DNA of 64,000 bases from an uncultured Candidatus Rokubacteria bacterium. Its GTDB lineage: Bacteria; Methylomirabilota; Methylomirabilia; Rokubacteriales; CSP1-6. Location of the stretch: the NCBI GenBank assembly GCA_963789955.1, contig CAWBMV010000003.1, positions 126,011 through 190,010 of the forward strand. The letters run 5' to 3'. Below, piece by piece: positions 57,793 through 64,000 of the stretch; position 1 is the stretch's first letter; each line of letters begins with the position of its first letter. The translations under genes and the position numbers were made by a program. The notes beneath the pieces are model-generated. The model was not told where the DNA came from. It saw only the letters and a program-made list of their open reading frames with translations, and did no database searches.

Positions 57793-58752
57793 GTGACCGA
57801 TCTCGACTATGTCAACATGGAGAAAAGCACGATCGTTCGATCCTCCAAGCCGTTCCCGCTGCTCCCGCTCGTCAAGACCGGCTACCGCGTGCTCTCCGCG
57901 CTCGCTCCGGCGCTCGCGGCGCGCATCGCGGGCCGGCTGTTCACGACGCCGCCGCGAGCGCGACGCCCCCAGGTGGAGATCGCGCTCCTCGCGGCGGCTC
58001 GAGCGCGGCCGATGCAGGTCGGCGCGCGTCGCATCGAGACATGGGTGTGGGGCGCAGGACCGAGCGTACTGCTCGTTCACGGGTGGGGCGGTCGCGGCAC
58101 GCAGCTCGGCGCGCTCGTCGGTCCGCTCGTCGGTCGAGGCTTTTCGGTCGTGACGTTTGACGCACCGGGACACGGAGCGTCGGACACGGGCACCGTGACG
58201 ATCCCGGAGATCACGAGCGCGATTCGCGCCGTCGCCGAGTCGCGCGGTCCGCTCGCGGCGATCGTCGCGCACTCGGTCGGAGCGACTGCCACGGTCCGGG
58301 CGCTCTGGGACGGTCTGGACGCGGGCGCGGTGGTGCTGATCGGACCGGCGGCCGATCTGGTCACCCCGGCACTCCGCTTCAGCGAGACGTTCGGATTCTC
58401 GCGCGCGGTGAGAGAGCGGATGCACCGCGGGATCGAGGAGCGTATCGGCCGGCCGTGGTCAGTCTTCGACGCGGTCGAGCTCGCGCCCGCGCTGACCGCG
58501 CCGCTCCTCGTGGTTCACGATCGCGGCGACGCGGAGATCCCCTGGCAGCACGGCGCGGCGATCACGCGCGCGTGGCGGGACGCCGAGTTGCTGATGACCG
58601 AAGGGCTCGGCCACCGGCGAATCCTGCGAGATCCGGACGTGGTCGCGACCACCGTCGCATTCATCGCCGCGCGAGCGGCCGAGCGTGGTGTCGCGGCCGC
58701 GGTCGACGGCGATCCGCAGGCGAGACCACTGGAGATCCTGATGGCCGGCTAG
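57793..58752 (+). CDS. Alpha/beta hydrolase
   Basis: LLVHGWGG, DAPGHG, AHSVG, HDRGD and GLGH; RBS AAAGGAG. Confidence 0.92.
   Translation: MTDLDYVNMEKSTIVRSSKPFPLLPLVKTGYRVLSALAPALAARIAGRLFTTPPRARRPQVEIALLAAARARPMQVGARRIETWVWGAGPSVLLVHGWGGRGTQLGALVGPLVGRGFSVVTFDAPGHGASDTGTVTIPEITSAIRAVAESRGPLAAIVAHSVGATATVRALWDGLDAGAVVLIGPAADLVTPALRFSETFGFSRAVRERMHRGIEERIGRPWSVFDAVELAPALTAPLLVVHDRGDAEIPWQHGAAITRAWRDAELLMTEGLGHRRILRDPDVVATTVAFIAARAAERGVAAAVDGDPQARPLEILMAG
57824..57840. promoter_or_regulatory. Second candidate TetR operator inside the 5' end of the hydrolase gene
   Basis: AGCACGATCGTTCG matches the reverse complement of the promoter site (AGTACGATCGTTCG) at 13/14 positions. Confidence 0.65.
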
Positions 58753-60685
58753 GGGAGCGCGAGGATGGCGGCCCGCAGCTCCGCGATGTGCGCCGCGCGC
58801 ACGGGAGTCGCCCTGGTCGTCAGCGACGGATCGGAGAAGGTGGGTGCTGTGCGCCCTGCCGCCTGATACGCCTGGACGAGCGCCGTCCGCATCTGGGTGA
58901 CGCGTACGCCTTGATCGGCGTGACCCCGGGAACGATCACGGGATCGGTCCAGGCGACCGCCGCCAGGGCACGTTGGGTCCGCGCGCGATCGATCGCGAGC
59001 GTCAGCTCGGTCAGATGGATCGCCTTCACGGGCGGTGCTGTTGACGACCAGCGGATTGTCGGTGAACGAGACGCCGAAGATCGTGGTGAACGTCGCGGTG
59101 ACCGATCTGAACGCGGTCATCGCCACGGGGCACGACACACTGAGCCCCGAGCAGGCGCCGCTCCATCCGGAGAACATCGCGCCCGCGCCCGCCGACGCCG
59201 TCAGGGTGACGGTCGTACCCGGCTGATACCCGGCGACGCACGTCGCTCCGCAGTTGATCCCGGACGGGCTGCTGGTGACGCTGCCGGGTCCGGACGACGT
59301 GACGGTCAAGGTGAAGAACTGCTGCGTGAACGTCGCGTTGACGGTGGTGTTGGCGTTGAGCGTGACGACGCACGCGCCCGTCCCGGAGCAGCCGCCACCG
59401 CTCCAGCCGTCGAAGCTCGAGCCCGCGTCGGCCCGCGGAGTCAGGGTCACGCGCGTTCCCGGCGCAAAGCTGGCGACGCAGGTCACGGGGCAGCCGATCC
59501 CACTCGGCGCGCTCGTGAGGGTGCCGCCGCCGGTGCCGGCCCTGGTCACGGTGAGCGTCACCGTCGGGACGGTGAAGGTTGCGGTCACCGTGGTGGCCGC
59601 CGCGACGGTGACGGCACACGTGCCCGTCCCGGAGCAGCCGCCACCGCTCCAGCCCGTGAACACGCTCCCGGCCGTCGGCGTCGCCGTCAGGGTCACGACC
59701 GCGCCCGCGCCGAACGTCTGAGAGCATGAGGTCCCACAGCTGATCCCCGCGGGCGAGGACACCACCGTCCCGGTCCCGGTGCCGGCGCGGAGGACTGTCA
59801 AGGCGAACGACTGGGAGGTCTCCACGAGCCGTTGCACGGTGCCGTCACTACCCGAGCCGTAGTGCACGACGTAGAGCTCGCCGGCTTCGTCCTCGCCGAA
59901 CGAGGTGATCGAGAAGGCGGTGTCCATGAGCTGAGTGCTCGACCACGTCTGGCCGCTCTGCGTGGCTGCCCAGATCCGGCCCGAGCAGAAGTCGCCGTAG
60001 ACGAACCGGCTCGCGTACTGCGGAAAGCGGCGGCCGCGATAGCGATAGCCGCCGGTGATCGAGCAGCCGAGCGAATGGTCGTACTCGAGGATGGGCAAGG
60101 TGAGCGTCCCGTCGTTGCATGCGGTCGACGGGTTGAAGCAGGCCGTGCCTTCCATCCGGCGCCAGCCGTAGTTTCGCCCGCCCAGGCTCGCCGCCGGCTG
60201 GAAGTCCACCTCCTCCCGGGCGCTCTGGCCGACGTCGGCGATGAACAGGTCGCCGGTGTCAGCGGTCGAAGCTGAAGCGCCAGGGGTTGCGGAGGCCGAA
60301 CGCCCAGATCTCGGGCAGCGGCCGTCGTGTTGCCGACGAACGGGTTGGTCGCGGGGAACGGCGTACGGCGATCGCGCCGTCGACGTCGATGCGCAGGATC
60401 TTGCCGAGCAGCACGGCGAGATTCTGGGCGCGGTTGTCCGGGATCGCCGGCCGCGCCGCCGTCGCCGAGGCCGATGTAGAGGAAGCGGTCGGGTCCGAAT
60501 GCGAGCTGTCCGCCGTTGTGATTGGCGAACGGGCTGCGTGACGTTCAGGATGGATCTGCGCCGAGCGTGCTGTCCGCGACGTTGGGGTTCGACGACACGT
60601 GATAGCGCGCGAGCGTCGTGTTGCCGCTGGTGTCGATGTAGTGGACGTAGAAGAAGCCGTTCGTCCGGTAGTCCGGTGGAGGGGT
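58749..60685 (-). pseudogene. PQQ-dependent glucose/sorbosone dehydrogenase + three InlB B-repeat-like domains; 5'-truncated and multiply frameshifted
   Basis: Fragments [49 protein letters not shown] and [11 protein letters not shown]; ~80-aa repeats TLTATP...FxGWSG..C. No start or signal peptide before the upstream gene's stop. Confidence 0.8.
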
Positions 60686-60712
60686 CTCGCCTCGATTGCC
60701 CCCGCGGCGTGT

Positions 60713-62633
60713 CTATTTTGAGAAAAAGAATTGCTCGGCGCGCGCGTTGCCCGGGCTCCGGAGCGGCCAGTCGTTGCCGAGCGTGGTCGGGACGTTCCTG
60801 AACCTCGTATTGGCCACCACCACGCCCTGCACCATCGGGGTCAGGCCGATCGTGCCGACCTCCCAGAGGTTGTCGACCCAGATCCGGAACAGCTCCTGCG
60901 CCAGCTTCGCCTGCTGCTCCGGCGAGACCGTCTTGGCCTGATCGACGATCTCCATGATGCGCTTGACCGAGACGGGTGGCTCCACGCCGTCGGCGCCCTT
61001 GGTCTGCGCCCAGCGGCCGTAGAGCGGACCGAGCGTGAGGATCGGCGAGTTACGCGGATCGAACTTCGCGTTACCGGTGAAGGGGAAGCCCGTCGTGTCC
61101 TCGTTCCACATCTCGGTCATGAGCTCGTTGTTGTCCCGCATCTTGAAGTGGAGCGCGCGCTCCCGGAGCTGGACGACGGTCTTCACGCCGACCTTCTCCC
61201 AGTCTTTCGCGACCAGCTGCGCGACGTCGGGCCACGCGGCGAACGCCGGCACGACGGACAGCTCGAGCACGACCCGCTTACCCGAGGGGAGGAGCCGCGT
61301 TCCGTCGCCGTCGCGCTTGGTCAGGCCGAGCTGATCCAGGAGCTTGTTGGCCTCGTCGGGCTTGTACTGCGTGTACTTCTTGGCGTACTGATCGCCTGGA
61401 AAGTAGGGATGGTTCGGGGACGGCACGCCCTGCCGCGCCTCGCCGAGCCCCAGGAAGACCGACTCCTTGATCTGGTCGCGATTGATGGCTTCCGAGAGCG
61501 CGATCCGAAAGCTCCTTGGTGGCCATCAGCTTGCCGATGTCCGCGTCGGCCTTGTAGGTCTGGTTGAACTGGATGACCGCGTCGGCGCCGCCGAAGGTCG
61601 GCCACGTGATCACGCGATACTTCCCGGTCTTCTCGTTCTCCTTGAAGACGGGGTAGTTCGTCATCTGGATGTGCCGCTCCTGCATGTCGAACTCGCCGGC
61701 GATCGCCGCGAGGTTCAGCGCCTGGATGTCGGCGAAGAACGTGAATCGCACCTCGTCCAGATACGGGAGCTGGTTCCCGCTCGGGTCGACGCCGACGAAA
61801 TACGGATTGCGCTTGAGCATGAAGACCTGGTCACTGACCCGGGTGGCGGGCGCCCACGCGGCCATCGTCGGGCGCTCCGGGTTCTCGGGCGGCGCGTTGC
61901 GCGCGGCGAAGAGCTCGGTCCACGTCTTGAACCCCGCGGCCGCGACGAGCTTGTCCAGATCCTCCTTCTTCGCGTAGGTCGGGTGGAACTTCTTCAGATA
62001 GTGCGCGGGCAGAAACACGGCATACGTCCGATCGCCGCCGTCCTGGTTCGCGAGCGCGGTGAGCAGCAAGGTATTGGGCTGCTTGTACGTCCAGCGCACG
62101 GCCGTCGGCCCGGCCTTCTCGACGGTCGCGGTCGTGCCGTCGGCGTTGCGCATCCACGAGGGAATCGCCGGCGTGAGGTCCTTGTTCAGGAGGACGTCCT
62201 GGTACCAGAAGACGATATCGTCGGCGGTGAACGGCGCGCCGTCCGACCACTTGGAGCCCTGGCGGAGCTTGATCGTCCACACCTTGAAGTCCTTCGACGA
62301 GTCCCATCCCGCGGCGATCTTCGGCTCGATCTTGGCGCCGTCGGGGGAGAACCGTACGAGCGCGTCGTAGACGACCCGGATGTAGTTGTTCGCGTCGGCC
62401 GGGCCGAGGAACGCGCGACGCCATACGCCGCCGTACTGTCCCGTGCGCTCGACGACCGGCACGACCAGCGGATCGGCGGGCAGGCGCTTGTCGACCGGCG
62501 GGAGCTTGCCGGCCTTGACCTGCTCGGTCACGCTCGGCGCTTCGTGGAACTTCGTCGGCTGGGCCGACGCGGTGCCGATCAGGATCAGCAGCAGCGCGAG
62601 CGGTATCGTTCGTAGGCAGCGGTCGAGAACCAT
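60713..62633 (-). CDS. ABC substrate-binding protein family 5, frameshift near 61510
   Basis: Signal peptide; GKLPPVDKRLP, GQYGG, KWSDGAPFTADD and GNQLPYLD; continues as INRDQI...AEQFFFSK in another frame. Confidence 0.9.
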
Positions 62634-62726
62634 GAGATGCCTCCTGTTGGAGTTCGGCTGACTCTAGCGCCCACCCGGGCGTGGCGCAAGATCGGCGTCG
62701 CGCATCGCCGTGCTATAAAGACCGCG

Positions 62727-63572
62727 ATGGAGCTACGCGTCAACGGCGCGACGATCTTCTGTGAGTCGGTGGGCGACGGGCAGCCGTGCGTGTGCTTGCA
62801 CGGCGGTCCGGGCACCGACTCGTCGGGGCTCGCGCGCACCCTCGCGCCGCTGGCGGCCGAGCTCGACCTCCGGCTGATCTTCTACGATCATCGGGGCCAC
62901 GGGCGCTCGGAATGGGTGCCGGTCGAGCAGTGCACACAGGATCAGCTGGTCTCCGACATCGAGGGCATCCGTCAGGCGCTCGGGCTCGGTCCGATCCACG
63001 TGCTCGGCATCAGCTGGGGCGGCTTCCTCGGGTTGATGTACGCCGCGCGCCACCAGAAGTCGATTCGGAGCCTGGCCGTCGTCGGCGCCTCCGCCAGTCG
63101 TGATTTCATGCGGCGGGCCGAGGAGAACGCGCGCCGGCGCGCCTCGGCGGAGCAGTGGGCCGCGTACCGCGCGCTCTGGGACGGCTCGCTCTCGGACGAT
63201 GCGAGCTTCCGGCGCGCGTTCGACACGATCCGGCCGCTCTATTTCTTCGATCCGGCTCGCGCCGTCGAGCAGAACGCCGTGCGTGCCGACATTCGCTACC
63301 GGCTCGCCGTGCGGAAGTTCATCATCGAGCACGAGTACGCGGCCTACGACTGCCGGGCCGAGCTCGCGCACATCGGGTGTCCGACCCTGGTCGCGGTCGG
63401 GCGGCACGACTGGATCTGCCCGATGGATCAGGGCGAGGAAATCGCGCGGCTCGTCCCGGGAGCAGAGCTCGCGGTCTTCGAGCACAGCGGCCACTCGCCG
63501 CAGATCGAGGAGCGCGCCGCGTTCACCCGACGGCTGGCGATGTTCCTCCGTGTCGCGGCGCCGTCGCGCTGA
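62727..63572 (+). CDS. Alpha/beta hydrolase (proline iminopeptidase-like)
   Basis: LHGGPG, YDHRGHGRS, GISWGG, GRHD and SGHSP. Confidence 0.92.
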   Translation: MELRVNGATIFCESVGDGQPCVCLHGGPGTDSSGLARTLAPLAAELDLRLIFYDHRGHGRSEWVPVEQCTQDQLVSDIEGIRQALGLGPIHVLGISWGGFLGLMYAARHQKSIRSLAVVGASASRDFMRRAEENARRRASAEQWAAYRALWDGSLSDDASFRRAFDTIRPLYFFDPARAVEQNAVRADIRYRLAVRKFIIEHEYAAYDCRAELAHIGCPTLVAVGRHDWICPMDQGEEIARLVPGAELAVFEHSGHSPQIEERAAFTRRLAMFLRVAAPSR

Positions 63573-63575
63573 TCG

Positions 63576-64000
63576 TTACTTTCCCGTCCAGCGCACCGCC
63601 TTCAGCGACTGGTAGATCCCGCCGAACGTCGGAATCGGCACGAAACCTTCGTAGCCGCCCCGCGTCACGTATACCTGCTGGCGGAAGTAGAGGAAGACGT
63701 ACGGCGCATCCTCCATCAGGAGCTTCGAGAACTCCGCGTAGTGCTTCTTGCGCTCGGCGATATTGCCGGACCGGCGCGCGGCCTCGATCGCCTCGTCGAC
63801 GCGCGGGTTCTTGTAGTGGGCGAAGTTGCGGCCCTTCCACTGGCTCGAGTGCCAGATCGTGTACGCGAAGGGATCGGGATCGTGGTGATTGGTCCAGCCG
63901 ACGACGATGCCCTCGAAGTCGGACGCGAAGAGCTTCTTCACGAACGTCGGCCAGTCCAGCGGCTCGAGATGCGCCTCGACGCCGACGCGCTTCAGGTACT
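63576..64000 (-). CDS. ABC substrate-binding protein family 5, C-terminal part
   Basis: YLKRVGVEA, DPDP, NFAHYKNPRVDE and EDAPYVFLY; begins beyond the right edge. Confidence 0.88.
   Translation of the reverse strand, partial: YLKRVGVEAHLEPLDWPTFVKKLFASDFEGIVVGWTNHHDPDPFAYTIWHSSQWKGRNFAHYKNPRVDEAIEAARRSGNIAERKKHYAEFSKLLMEDAPYVFLYFRQQVYVTRGGYEGFVPIPTFGGIYQSLKAVRWTGK

Noticed and set aside
1..64000. Mobile elements and structural RNA genes
   Set aside because: No transposase, integrase, terminal inverted repeats, tRNA or rRNA recognised by eye; small ncRNAs cannot be excluded without a covariance search.

Overview
High-GC bacterial DNA. The gene repertoire resembles soil Rokubacteria/Methylomirabilota or Acidobacteria-type genomes (inference only). 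Many single-base frameshifts in otherwise intact genes look like long-read consensus errors. The main feature is a ~30 kb cell-envelope lipid locus (4.8-35.1 kb) that reads as a complete glyco/phospho-sphingolipid system. It has an ACP-FAAL-serine palmitoyltransferase core, a bacterial ceramide synthase-like GNAT, an extended-SDR reductase, an FA2H/Scs7-like hydroxylase and an AUR1-like PAP2 protein. It also has LicD, five glycosyltransferases, an initiating phosphoglycosyl transferase, a Wzy/WaaL-like protein, an MsbA-like exporter and a fused LptF-LptG. A dedicated type II FAS cassette completes it, with an ACP carrying a Cys-rich C-terminal extension and a second ketosynthase with Cys replaced by Ser. 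To the left is a Glu-type subtilase with four 113-aa repeats, flanked on both sides by free-standing prodomain-like genes. To the right are a STAS/MBL/CHASE2-PP2C/OmpA/FecR/RsbW signalling module, catabolic genes (CoA transferase, crotonases, LLM, UbiD, amidohydrolase, aldolase), an orphan double-MshEN PilB/GspE ATPase and peptide ABC transporters. A TetR with a visible operator and two abruptly truncated genes (Wzz/GumC and a PQQ sugar dehydrogenase) also lie there. No rRNA, tRNA, CRISPR array or transposase was recognised. All functional calls come from motif recognition by eye; no searches were run.
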